Assembly: GCA_002256025.1 (NCBI GenBank)
Contig: NKIB01012964.1
Location: forward strand, 1 to 64,000
DNA length: 64,000 nt
Origin: Asterionella formosa
Taxonomy: Eukaryota
Direction: 5' to 3'
This document shows, piece after piece, positions 1-12,642 of the stretch (its first letter is position 1; each line of letters opens with the position of its first letter). The notes beneath the pieces were generated by a model. The model did not search any database, had not been told where the DNA came from, and saw only the letters and a list, made by a program, of their open reading frames with translations. The translations under genes were made by a program, and so were the position numbers.

Positions 1-1116
1 CCCCGGCTATTCCGTTTGATCGGTTTTATTTTCCTATTCATGCAGTTACAGTAACAATGAGAAGGAATGATTTGTTAGCTAGTCATGATGTTACATTGAC
101 ACAAGAACACGCACTTCCATCGTATCCTCTTGCTTCACTTACCATAAATCAATGCAAGTGAGGATGCATAAGTCTGTAATAGTAACTTGTCAGTAAGCCA
201 CATTCTTGAATACGTAAGTTTCGGGTATCCAATGTTGTCGAATAAAACTTACCGGTTCATTTTTGTCAGCTTAACTTTGAGAGAAGGTAAACGTTTTGTA
301 ATTTTTGTTCCAACAGAAGTGAATAGGTCCAACGAGCGACAAGAACACTTACGCAATTTGGTTTTGTTTTACATTGGTGCTACCCAACAAGCGAAACGAG
401 CTGTTGAATCAACTGAGAAAAAAGGAAATGTGCGTTTAGTTAACAATTTGTTGTTATCCTGCCTCCCAACGATTGTCATCCAAGTAGCTACCACATTGAT
501 GGCTTCATTACCTTAAACATTCTCCATTCTTCGAATGCGCAATGTGTCGAAGCCACAATGTTTTTCGTTATGTATTGCGTAAACTTTTTTCTTGTCATGT
601 GCTTTACTACGACGTATCTTTTCATGAAGCAGCAGGCATCATTGTCTGTTAACATGACAGAACGATTTCAAAAATATATATGCCATGAATATAGTAATAA
701 AATTTGTAAATATATATATATATATATATGAAGTGTAATACATTTATAAAATTCAAAGGCGCTCTCGATATGGAACATCTGATATGGTTGAGATAATCAT
801 ACTCGCATATACATAATTCGAAAATACTCAATGAACTATATGTCCATTGTTTTCCACGACTACGTGTACCGGAATTGTTTCTGAAATTTGTTTGCATCGA
901 TATTTTCTACGTCCGTTTTTAGACCATTCAATTGGTGTAAGTCATAACCACCAGGGTTTTGGTAGCAAATTGTTTAAGCCCATTTTTTGGTCGGGAGCTC
1001 TTCATGTGTACCAGTACATCATATGACAATAACAATATATCATATATATATACAGAGTACCAGTAGCTTGTAGTAAGTGATATACTGGGGGTAGTTGGAG
1101 TAGTAAACTAGCAACA

Positions 1117-1460
1117 GAACACCATTTGTTAAGGACTGTTGCTACTGCAGTGGGACAGTAAATCATCATAGTTTTAGGATCGTATGATCGTAAAACTAAA
1201 AACCAATAGAACACCATATGTTCAGGACTGTTGCTACTGCAGTGGGACAGTAAATCATCATAGTTTTAGGATAGCATGATCGTAAAACTAAAAACCAATA
1301 GAACACCATATGTTCAGGACTGTTGCTACTGCATTGGGACAGTAAATCATCATAGTTTAAGTATCGTATGATCGTAAAACTAAAAACCAACAGTCGGAGT
1401 AATAAGCAAGCAACAGAACACCATATGTCTATGATTGCTGCTACTGCAGCGGGACAGTAA
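1117..1460. repeat. Tandem minisatellite, ~92-bp unit, about 3.5 copies
   Basis: The unit GAACACCAT..GGACTGTTGCTACTGCAGTGGGACAGTAAATCATCATAG..CGTAAAACTAAAAACCAA recurs starting at 1117, 1209, 1301 and (more diverged) 1416. Confidence 0.9.
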
Positions 1461-1519
1461 ATGAATTTAAGATCATCGAACTTTAAGGAAGACAACGACA
1501 ACAGTTATCAAGTAGTACA

Positions 1520-3118
1520 ATGTCTTCAAGAAACCATAAAGAGGTTCATGGAAACAAGCGACATGTGGCAAATACTGCCGGTATTGAACAAAGAAGCAAG
1601 TTCCAAAATGAGTTTACAAAGAAAAAGCGAATGGGCGATTATCCAAAGCAACCCAATCGGCGATTGGGAGATGCTGGGGGTAATACCCCATCCTCGTCAA
1701 TGGGGACACCATCAGCTGCTAGTACAAAGGATCCCATAATTGATACTGACAGCGATGATGACGTTTCTACTTCAGTTATTGATACAACAAAATTGGCTCC
1801 TGTCGATGATACCATTAATAACTCCCGGATGCAGATGGACGACATGGTACCATATCATAAATTTTCTAATCGCACGGACCAACAAGTACATGAAAACAGA
1901 GGGAAAAACATTTTGCACTTGCCAAAGGATATTATCAATTGGTCAATGAACTCAATCACCACAAAGCAAGGTCGTGATTCGGTTCAAAACTCGTCCATAC
2001 GAGGTTATCAAGACTCTTCAATTTCAGCAGCCTTATCAGAACGTCGTTCTCGCTTAGCTAAAATTGAATTGTCACAAAGGTTGTATGAATGGCGAAATTT
2101 CATGGAATGAAACATTACCCTCATCTGATTAGGAAGTTCGGATCTCCTCTAAATTTCTTTGGTGGATATTTGGAGTCTTTTTTGAAAGACAAATTGAAAC
2201 GACCAAGTAAGCGTGTGAACGGACAATTACATCGATTAAAGCATGACATTTTAACAAGGTCATATGAAACAAGGCAGGTTGCCTTGGCACGAAAAATTGT
2301 TTTTGTAAGTGATTCATTACAGACAGAAAACAAACAAAAGAAGATGAGTAGAGAAAATACCATCAATGTAAATGAGGGTATTTCAACCGAAATTGATTTC
2401 GAAGGAATGATTCCGGATACAATGATGTTGCTGAGTAGGTCGCCTGAAAATTTGGGAATATCGCCTACCAAAATCCATTCACCAGCCCTTCCTGTTAAAG
2501 TTTAATTTTCTGCTTCATCATCAAATGGTCTATGGACTATAGTAGGTGTCCCTAATAAGATTGGGCATGTATCACGGAGTAATGATGCACCCTTTTCTCA
2601 ATTGGGTCATCCTGATTTACCGAAGGGGGCCAACTTCGTAAAGAGCATTGCGAATTCAGCAATAGAAATAGCAAGAATCAAAAGTCTTGAAGATGGGGTT
2701 GGGCCTGTTTCCATTGTAAGGAATGACTTTTGTTATCATGTTAAAATTGAAAGTAACGTTCCCGGCGAAACCATTTTCAGATGCCATCCGAAATGGAACA
2801 ATGATTCAAAGGCAGGAATCTCTGGTCGTGAATGGTTTGACTGGGTCGAAGTGAGCGAACTGGGAGAAGGGAGATGGATCAAGTTCCTACACAGTTCCTG
2901 CAAAACTACTTCTTTGGGGAAATGTTATTTTCTCCAACTCAACAACCATTCTCTTAGCGTGTATTCGTTCCTTGAAAAGTTCAACTGAAATCAAAATTCA
3001 TAAACGTATGTTTTTTGCAAGAGGAGACACCTTATGCAATGATACAACTGAATAAAGCGTTGTTGAATTTCATAACATACTTTCGGCAGCATTTGTGGTT
3101 CCTGCTTTGAAACCACAG
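1520..3118 (+). mobile_element. Degenerate Plavaka/CACTA-like transposase remnant (frameshifted, central part apparently missing)
   Basis: ORF fragments 2089..2505 (KFHGMKHYPHLIRKFGSPLNF..E..K..K.PSKR) and 2602..2988 (FRCHPKW...EWFDWVEV) match C-terminal motifs of Plavaka-type transposases as recalled. The fragments are broken by frameshifts and stops. Confidence 0.65.
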
Positions 3119-3214
3119 TGTGGTTTCAAAGCAGGAACCACAAATGCTGCCGAAAGTATGTTATGAAATTCAACACCGCTCAATTCAGTTGTATCATTGC
3201 ATAAGGTGTCTCCT
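3022..3214. repeat. Near-perfect 193-bp palindrome (96-bp arms, 1-nt centre at 3118, 3 mismatches)
   Basis: AGGAGACACCTTATGCAATG...TTGAAACCACA-G-TGTGGTTTCAA...CATTGCATAAGGTGTCTCCT, read directly from the sequence. Confidence 0.97.
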
Positions 3215-3576
3215 ATAATTATTATGTAACTGTTAAGTATGCATTGGATTCCATTAGATCCATTCAAAATCAACATCGTCATCAATGTCCCGTTGATTAA
3301 TGCGGTCATTATAATCAATATTCTCTTCAAGGAAATCTCTGAAACCGCAAGAAGTTTTGGAACAGATACGACGGAAAGATAATTTTTATGTTGCCATGCC
3401 TCCACGTAATTTATGGAAATCAATCGGGTGGGACCAAAAACTAACAAGCGAACGTTGATAAATAGATAAGAATAATATAATTGATAATGGTAACAATATA
3501 GTTTCGCATACTAAATTGGTTATTATAAGGTTTTCACAAACTACAATTTCCTAAGAAATGATTATCCAATGGTCCA

Positions 3577-5846
3577 TTATTTGTTCTTTTTCACTCCCAA
3601 AGAACCTAAGATGGTCCTTCTCGTTTCGTCCGAAATTTTGCTTCTCCACTTTTCAACTGCAGTTCGATATGAGTCTGTAAAATTTATCAATTTGATTCCA
3701 GAATGGCTATCATCAGATACAAAATTTTCTTTCAACTTTTTGTCAATTTTGATGCATCCAGAAATTTGGCCAAGAGGTGCATGATTATACCATTTGAAGG
3801 GAGCAAGTTTGTCACTACTTTGTTGTATCATGGATTTTACGTAGACAACTTCATCCTTCGTGAAAGAAGAGTTGCAAGGAACTCGTCCAAATACTTCGTT
3901 CAACAATTTTAAATCTAAATAGGATGTCAAAATTTTGTCGATACAAAATTGAAGAACAGTTATTTCCAACTGAAACGTATCCTCACGAGAATTTGTCGTT
4001 GTCACTTGAGGCCAAACTGTTCCAAGATGAAAGTATGTTGACTTGGTTGGTGGGTCAGATGTAATGGATAAGAAATCGTCTGTTCGATCTGTTGGTACCA
4101 CCTGACGTTTTAAAACTTTCCAGGACTCAGTCTCCAAACGGAAATGTGCCCGTTTGCCAAGAAATTTGGTTTTGCCATTCCTTTCTAATTGCAATAGAGT
4201 TTCCAATAATTTCACAATTGTAAAAGGTACACATGACCATCCACTGTCATCTTCTGGTTGGAATAACATGGAATCATGTTCAGTGGCCATACTGATCTGC
4301 AATGGTGCTTTGGTGACAGTATAGAAAGATTCCGAAAACCCAATTTCTTCAGGTATATGGGAATCTTTTGGAAGATATCCTGAATCGGTGCATAACAATT
4401 CCAAATCTATTCTGCATCCGGGGATGATGCAGTACTTACGGACAAGGTGAAATACTTGATCATAATGTTCATCCACACTTGCATCTTTTCCTGGGTCCCG
4501 GACTTGACATAATCCATCATTTATAGCAAAAAGATAATGCACAAAATGATTGTTCTCCTTGCTCCTCATCTGACCTTTAGCAATACACAATTAGCACATA
4601 ATTACTTTCGTGATGAAGTGGATGAAAATCACCTTGGTATATATATGGATTGTTATTACCCTTTTCTGGGTTCTCATCCAGATCAAATATAACCTTTACA
4701 TCACTTGGATGAAGTTCATGAATTATATAATGGATCATAGAGGTAATTGTCAATATGCAAGATCTTTAAAATCTGAAGATGATTTTTTGATACCTTTGAC
4801 TCCATAAAATACAGAGGCGTAATTGCATATATCTTGTGGGGTACGAGTGTACAACTCTTTCCACAATTTTAATTGTCCATGCGATTTCGGCAAACTCAAG
4901 GAAAATGCCGTTTGCTTTGGCATAATAACTCTACACATTTCACCTGCCGACTTTTCACAAAAGTAGCTGCCTTCTGGATTGTTTTCAATGATTTTACAAA
5001 GAAATTCTTTTTCTTCCATGTATGATTTGGAAAAAGATTCAATTTTGTATTTCAGACTTCGTTCCCGACTCAGAGCATCAACTGCCTTAGCCAGCATCAC
5101 ATCTCTGTCTGCATTGATTTTTTTGAATTCGAGGTCTTGATCTAGCTCAGACTTTTTCTTGAATATCGGTTCTTTTAGAAATGCAATAGTTTCTCTGCTT
5201 TCATGATGTTCATCTTGATATTCTGGACGGATAGTGAGATATGTTTCTTGGTTTGCAACTTCTCAACCATTTCTACTTCTGAAGAAATGTCTGCCACATT
5301 TCCGCCGATATTTTCATTCATCGCATGATTTTGTTCTTCAAATGATTGAGAATCACTGAGTTCTTCTTCATTATCAGCGAGTTCGGGAGAATGAGGAGCA
5401 AAATACGACACTGGATGGTGGAACTGTGACTCTGCACGAATAGAGTCTTCATCCACGAAGACCAACTGTTTGGGTTTCCTCTTCGAAAGCAATCTTTCCT
5501 TCTTTCAATCTCAGCCACTATTGTATCGGCATGTATACTTCATTATTTTTTCTGGACTATTATGAATCTGTTCAAATTCATTTGATCTTTGAGTGTATTC
5601 AAAGGAATCTTCGATTGATTTCATAAGTTTCTTCATCTTCTTTTCCGAAAACATAAAGTCGTGTAGTGTAAACAATGGAAGTAAGTCTCGTTTCTTGTTT
5701 GACTGATCCTTTCCATGAAATCCGTGAAATGCCATTTGGAAAGTGGAAGGGAAACGCTGAGTTTTTCGCGGAGCTTGTGGAGGTGGAACTGGTGTGATGG
5801 TAACCGAGTGTAGTAATTGTTGAACAGAGCACAGTGTAATATGCAT
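3577..5846 (-). pseudogene. Fragmented unknown ORF, probably a second gene of the transposon island
   Basis: Successive protein-like minus-strand ORFs (5511-5846, 5175-5492, 4750-5100, 3577-4590) are separated by stops and frameshifts. No domain recognised. Confidence 0.4.
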
Positions 5847-7145
5847 GTTCCGCCAGCATAGTGTTTACACAATACACATGCCGGCATATATATAGCTAAA
5901 ACAACGAAAGACGACACGACAATGAACGTGATGGCTGGTTGTTGAGGATACCGGTATGTGATAGGCATCAATCCATGTTACAAATCATATTATAGTGATG
6001 TACATATCAACGCCTCCATATACTTAGATCCTATCCACTGCTTAAATAATACTATCATATTAACTGTTGACTTTAAATGTATACATTAAACGACAAACAT
6101 ATATATTAATTAACATACTTTATGATTGCTTGATTTATTTTCTATGATGTCTTGGTAACACTTGCGTACATATTTTATCGTACTTTATTGTCATTGTACT
6201 ATTTTAACATAATCATATTTTGATCAAAATTATATCATAAACATTTTATAGAATCATTATAGTTTTATGATCAATGTATCATAGCTATGTGATGTACTTT
6301 ATTCAATATTACGTATCATACTTTGGTGATGTATGCATCGATATAACCCTATCATGATATCACAGATATCTACTACTATGAAATCAGTTCTTGGTGATTT
6401 CCTCAGAGGGTATTAAAAAAGTGAGCTGAAGATTCTTTAATCTATACTCGCTTAGTATTTGGTTGAGCTGTTCTTGGAAAGGTGATGACATGAGGCCTGC
6501 TGAAGGTACATCAGGAACCTTAATAGTCATTTAGCTTGTGAATACCAATGCATCTCAGTTGTTCCTTTTTGTCAGTGTCAATCCTGACTTGGAGACTAAG
6601 TTAATAGTGTTTATGAGTTACCGTTTACTTGATCATGAGTCTTAGTTTATTATAGGTGACCCTATAAAAATCACTGTATGCGACCAGACAACTAAGTGGT
6701 CTAAAGTGGTCTTGCCTGCCTCTCAGTTGGCAAAAATTAGTCCTAGTAGATGTCAGTAACTGAATCATATATCTGGTTTAGTCACATTCATCAAGCTAGG
6801 TTGTTTTGTTTTCTACATAAGTAGAGCTCATGGATACTATACTAGTTAACATTTGCTATATAAGTTTAGGTCAATTTTAGCTATTTGCATAGTCTGCCTA
6901 GTGTATAACCTATGCAATTTGTACCATACTAGTTCACAGTAGTGCAATAGTCGCTCTTTGTAACTAGGCTGCAGTAAAACTAAAAATTACATCATTGCAT
7001 TTACCCATTAGTAGCTAACCAGCACCAAAGTTCAGACTTTCTGTTTCATATGTATAGTGGGGCGGAAATGCGTCTTTCCTACTAGTACTGAGCCAACATA
7101 TATACACCGGTATGTACATACATGAATTCTAAAATGATTACTGAA

Positions 7146-7258
7146 GGTAAGACACGACTGAGGGTGGAGACTGCCTGCAAGTGTTCTTGCGTTCGAGGCT
7201 TGGGAGGCTTGAGTAAGTTGACCAAACGAGTGGTGCCCAGAGACTCCACCCGAGTAGG
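7146..7258 (+). repeat. Dispersed GC-rich repeat family A, internally deleted copy
   Basis: GGTAA..CGAC.GAGGGTGGAGACTGCCTGC.AGT..GTTCGAGGCTTG..GTTGACC.AACGAGTGG.GCCC..AGACTCC.CCCGAGTAGG is shared with 11724-11908. Confidence 0.85.
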
Positions 7259-7269
7259 CTCTTAACTAC

Positions 7270-7752
7270 AGCGATGCGCATGGTTGCAGAAACCAGACCA
7301 TTTACGCTACATAACGATGTAGGTCAAGATTGGGTTCAGCTTTTCCCTTCTTATTTCGGTCTTCGATTGTGTGGTGATGGAAAGTCAATGTTGCCTGGTG
7401 TGTAAGTACTACAATGATTCACAATGCATACGTCTCCATTGGAACTCTTTTTTTTTTTTCATTTCTAACCCAAAACAATTTATTCTATTTCTCATTTGAT
7501 GCTACTTATTACATCGCATTTCATACTTTGGTTGCTCCAAACATTATGTTCAATTTTCGTTGATGTTGCATGTTACAATCATTCTCGTGTGTTTTACGCT
7601 TGTTGTACCATCTCCATGCATATTACCGTTATTTTGGTTGTCATGCTAAAATCGGCAATTTTTTTGCCGAAAAATTCGATGTGCCCATATTGCCCTTAAA
7701 TAAAAATTACTTAAGAAATTACTTAGAGACTAAAAATTACTTAGAAGTACCC
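7270..7752. mobile_element. Terminal part of a DNA transposon, an inverted homologue of 44931-45260
   Basis: The reverse complement of 7660-7752 (GGGTACTTCTAAGTAATTTTTAGTCTCTAAGTAATTTCTTAAGTAATTTTT) aligns with 44931-45020. Region 7270-7440 aligns with the reverse complement of 45087-45260. Confidence 0.75.
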
Positions 7753-7790
7753 GAATGGCAAGACGATAGCTAGAGCGGGAATTGCCTCAA

Positions 7791-8090
7791 CAATACCCTT
7801 CTCGGCGGCTACTTGCCTGCGAGTATACATGTGTTCGAGGCTGGGTGGCGCGAGTCAAACGAGTGGCGCCCCCGGCGCTGCGAGAAGGCAAGAGACCACC
7901 TCGGGCGTGTATTGCCTTCAGCAATTCACAAACTAGCTTCCGGCGCGCTTTTCGCCAATACATTGCCCTTTCAACTAACATTGAAAACATATTTTAGATA
8001 GTTTGTATGTTGGATGCGAACTAGCCAATTGCCCTTCATATAAAACATGTATTATATATTTCAGTTGTAGAGTTTTTTGATTACGGTACT
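7791..8090 (+). repeat. Repeat family A, copy 2 (left direct repeat)
   Basis: TGCCTGCGAGTA..CGAGTGGCGCCCCCGGCGCTGCGAGAAGG..GCAATTCACAAACTAGC..GTTTTTTGATTACGGTACT is shared with 11750-12081. Confidence 0.9.
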
Positions 8091-10459
8091 CAATGCTGCA
8101 ATTGCCCATCATAAAAAACATATTTTGAATATTTCATATCCTCTTTTTTGACTGCCAAACTACCTTCAATATTTTCAATAGCCCCTAGATTTTATTGCCG
8201 AAATCGACTGCCATTTATCTAAGGGAGTTTGATTGCTGATATCCATAGCCCCTCAATTGATTGCCTTTCACTTAAGGAAAATGGACTGCCAAAATTGGAA
8301 GAGTGTAGTAGGATGAACCATGTGAAGGCACAAAATGATGATTTTCTGTAAAGTGTTGACGGCAATTCCACTATTTACATTCCTGCTATCTCCCAGCATG
8401 CTTCGATGTATACAAACTCTGGTCATTTATGTCTCAAATACTGTATCTTCATCAAATGAATATGGCTGGTTGTTGCATGATTCGACTTCCGGTGACACTT
8501 GCTTCATAACGGTGGCGCCGAATTTTCGGTATTTTCATCAGACATGAGCAGCCATTAAATTTTAACTATAATACTTTGGTATATTTTCTATGTGTCCTAT
8601 AGTAAATCAAATCAGATCTCGACAGCTAGGTTTAGTGCTCAATTGTTGGCTTTTTCCGCTGTTCTAAAGTAGGATTGTTTCCGTAGATTTTCTAATCACA
8701 ATTATTTTTTATTACTTTACTATCGTAAATCGACAATGACAACGCAAACAATAAGCCACTTCTGGTACCCTAAAAGAGCTATTAGCTTGAGGTGAGAAAC
8801 AACACCCAAGTGGATAACAGGAATCATCAAACTGCGTCTGTTGTCTTGGTTGGTTCTTTATTATATGTTCTGCTGATTGTTGTTTGCTCGCTTCCATGTG
8901 AATCACGGTAATACCAAAAATCAAACTATATTCTTTTCCACATAAAAAATCTCAACGATGTATATCTTTCTCACATCCAAATATCCAAGGAGCCAGCATC
9001 AGATTTGTTCCTTCAAGCTATAGCTGCAATATTCCTAGCTAATGTCTCAAGAAATCTTCCAGGCAGTGTACATTCTGTTGATTGTTGCATATGCTTGCTT
9101 CCACCATTCATCTTCTCTGAAACTCAATACCCTTTGTAATTTACTCCCATTCACATAATCGAACAAGAATTGCCAGTCGGAAGAACATTCCACCAGACAA
9201 AGCAGGAACTGAATGATTTACAAAAAATTTGAATCATTATGAGCTCAATCATTCACGTCAACAACACGACATTCAATGTTCTACCATGCTCCAATTCCAA
9301 ACCACACCCAAGAACGCAATTGACAAGGCAGCTTGATTGTCATTGACCATACTTACATTTCTTCTGAGTGAACCATCATTACTGCACACAATTACATTTT
9401 CCACCATGATGTTGATGTTGATCCCGTTCCTTGAAACTTCAGCCATCCAGGCGGTTCATCTTTCTCCTTCTCCTACAATATAGAAACATCACACCAAACA
9501 GACACCATCAAAGTTTACACCTTCTTTCCTCCACAACCACCACAAGTCACAGTTCTTCCATCACCATTGCCTCCCAAGCTGCTTTAACTTTTGGTTGCTG
9601 CTTCTCCAGGCCTGATTGAACATTTTTTATATTTCGCTTCGACGACGTGAAAGAAGTGTAAGTTGGCGATTGTTGATGATTAACATGCATTGACAATTTT
9701 TCACTAACTCAATTTCTATTTCACCATTTATTCTACTCTCTGATTGTCATTATTGCTTCTTTCCTTTTGATTTCCGTTTATGTTGTGCATTTACTGTTGG
9801 ATTGACTTGGTAACACCAAATTCAGTTCCATTGGGATATTCAACTTTGTCAAGATATTGCTGTAGAAATTCATGAGCATAAAATAAATTCCGAAGTTAAC
9901 ATTGTATATCTGGATTGTCAGCATCTTCCCTATATTTTATGCTAGTAGATTTTCTTTAAATTCTGCTAGATCCATATTAAATTGGTGACCAAACCCTTGG
10001 GGTTCAAAAGACATACTTCTAAACTCTTATGGTAAGATGCTGAGTACTGGTAGTCGCAAACGTTTTTGTACTTTTGTTGTGGTCCCTCTTTAAGCGGCTA
10101 AGCAAGACAATCCTGTGGCAATGTAAAACACAATGCATAAGAGGAAATTTGTATCCTCCTTTTCAGTGTAGGAAGAGGTAGATCAAGAAGCAATTTTCTC
10201 CTGACTTTTGTGTTTTTTTTTAAGCCAGATAATGACAAAGTATTGACTTCCAACTATTTTGAAAAGGCTCTACATTTTGTTTGTTTGTGAATGTTGGCTT
10301 TGGGGATAACCACGAAGATAAGAAATGCGTACATATGGACAAAGTAGCCACCCTAAGATGGCATTTCCAGTGGACAACATGCTGAGACGATTTTTTGGAG
10401 CACTAGACCCAGCAAAATTCCAAGAACAAGGTGGTGTGGCCTGAAATACCTTACCAATT

Positions 10460-11581
10460 TCAAAGTTCGTAAAGCTTTTTGCGGTTTACACTTACCTGCT
10501 CATCAATCAGTAGGTTGCTGGCATGAGCACCTGACATTAGCTGAGAAGCAGGGGCTTTCAAAATAATGCTAGTATTTGATACATCAATACCGGTTTGATG
10601 CCCTTTATCCACACCAATACCTGGTATTTTCACAGCATATTTAGACGCTATAGATTCCCCTACCTCTTGCATGAATTTTTCATATGCTGAACGCTGTACC
10701 ATTTTCCCCGATGGTTGTGGAAGATTAGATATGTTTGGAAGATAAAACACGGCAAGCATCTTCAAATGGCTATCAGGTTCGTGTTTTTCCATATTTTTAA
10801 TACCTTGATCCAATTCCTTCAAAAGATTTTCATGGGTACTTGCGTATAAACCCAGCTGAGAAAGACCATCTTTCTGTTTTTGCAGCTCTTCTCGATACTG
10901 CTGTGCTGACACCTTCACCTTCAGTGGAGCATTTATTAATTTAAGCCCGATAAACTGTGTTCTTGAAAAACGATCAATTAACTGATACTTGTGGCGATCT
11001 AAAGCAGCACTATTTTCCAATATGTTTTTCAGTCTTGGGTATTGATGGCTTGTGCTCATAGGGAGATAGGTGACATCCAGCATCGTGGATTTTGAGATGT
11101 TCTTGTCAAGCATATTTTGAACCCGCGCGATTAAGGCTTGATTTCTTTTTTTCTGCGTGCAGGCTTGCTTCTCGAAAAGCATTGCGTTTTTTGTCGTTTC
11201 ATCAAACGACTTACCCGCAATCCCTGCATGTTGCAATTTTAAGTGGATTGTCTGCTTGCCGGCTTCACCAAAACTAACGGTCAGAAGACGAAGATCACTT
11301 ACTGCTCGCAAGGGTAGAAAAGCCATCATTGATATCAACAGGCTTTCTGGCAATTGATCCAGCTTAACTTCATCAAATCCACTTAGATGTAGAGTTTTGA
11401 CAGAACTTTGCTCCACACTATGTGACGGGTCTAAGTCCCGTGCTCGTTCTTCCTCCTTTGCTTCACCAGAAAAAGTCACGCTGGCATCAATACTCTTCTT
11501 TTTTGCAGTGAGAGAAGGCTTTTGTGCACTTACGTGATCACATTGGCTGCCTTTCTTGATATCCTTGCTATCGTCGTTCAT
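10460..11581 (-). CDS. Hypothetical protein with an F-box-like motif, possibly transposon-borne and 3'-decayed
   Basis: 373-aa ATG-started ORF. LDQLPESLLISMMAFLPLRAVSDLRLL resembles the F-box consensus (LP.E.L..I..FL....L). It lies between two family A repeats. Confidence 0.5.
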   Translation of the reverse strand: MNDDSKDIKKGSQCDHVSAQKPSLTAKKKSIDASVTFSGEAKEEERARDLDPSHSVEQSSVKTLHLSGFDEVKLDQLPESLLISMMAFLPLRAVSDLRLLTVSFGEAGKQTIHLKLQHAGIAGKSFDETTKNAMLFEKQACTQKKRNQALIARVQNMLDKNISKSTMLDVTYLPMSTSHQYPRLKNILENSAALDRHKYQLIDRFSRTQFIGLKLINAPLKVKVSAQQYREELQKQKDGLSQLGLYASTHENLLKELDQGIKNMEKHEPDSHLKMLAVFYLPNISNLPQPSGKMVQRSAYEKFMQEVGESIASKYAVKIPGIGVDKGHQTGIDVSNTSIILKAPASQLMSGAHASNLLIDEQVSVNRKKLYEL

Positions 11582-11722
11582 AATGCTGATTGAATATTGT
11601 GTTTAACGCACGGAATCACCATTACACGGAAGACAAGATAAAGAATAATAACTCAAATCAGTGAAATATCGCAGGCAATATCGCTCAAGGGAGGTCCAGG
11701 AAATGGAGGTTAATATTACTCA

Positions 11723-12081
11723 AGGTAATACTCGACCGAGGGTGGAGACTGCCTGCGAGTATTCTTTTGTTCGAGGCTTGAGAGGCGCGAGTAGGTTGAC
11801 CGAACGAGTGGCGCCCCCGGCGCTGCGAGAAGGTCGCCCTTTGAGGGCCTCCCAAGCCCAGTACATAAGATTACGAGTATGCAGACTCCTCCCGAGTAGG
11901 GTATTACCTAGGCAATTCACAAACTAGCTATCGGAGCGCTTTTCCTCAACACATTGCCCTTTCAGGTAACATTGAAAACCTATTTTAAATAGTTTGTATG
12001 TTGGATGCGAACTAGCCAATTGCCCATCATATAAAACATAAATTGTATATTTCATATGTAGAGTTTTTTGATTACGGTACT
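11723..12081 (+). repeat. Repeat family A, copy 3 (right direct repeat); its 5' 187 bp has self-complementary ends
   Basis: AGGTAATAC (11723) and GTATTACCT (11909) are inverted, as are GGAGACTGC and GCAGACTCC. The rest aligns with 7814-8090. Confidence 0.9.
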
Positions 12082-12642
12082 AAGCCCCATGACCGGAAAA
12101 AGTGTCTGATAATTTTTCGTATGATAATAATCCACAATTCGCTGTAGTGAATAATCTTCCTGCAGTACGTACATGGTACTCTGGCATACCGGGCGGGATC
12201 TGTCACAACATCAACGAAACGCATCCTACCCGGTAATATTATAAGAAGCATTTGTTTGGATGCATTTCTCGTCGGTGTTCTAAGAATACTTCACGGCACA
12301 CCTGGGACGATAATACTACATATGTCTTTGCGATGGCATAAACCCATGATGAGGTATCAGGTACATATACCGGTATATTATCCGGATGACCCAGAAAAGG
12401 TCAATGGCTCAGCATTAACAAAACTGCTGAATGTATGGTACCAGGTGGTGTTGTCGGTACCTGTTAACCGGGTACCGGAATAACACAATACCGGTAGTCG
12501 ATTACAATAATGTCTTTGCTTTTCCTTCAATTAATATAACAACACTATATTCATCATACATAAAAGAAATAATTTGATCAATGTGTTTAAGGATAAGGAA
12601 CGACACGACGACGTTTGAATTTAGGAGGACGTGCCGTTAAAC

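Noticed and set aside
1..900. Short ORFs and a (TA)n microsatellite near 710-729
   Set aside because: No recognisable protein; the microsatellite is unremarkable.
1117..1460. CRISPR array
   Set aside because: The units are 92-bp tandem copies without unique spacers, there are no cas genes, and the context is eukaryotic.
7791..12081. Canonical LTR retrotransposon or Helitron
   Set aside because: There are no TG..CA termini, PBS or RT/integrase motifs, and no RepHel motifs or clear hairpin-CTRR end.
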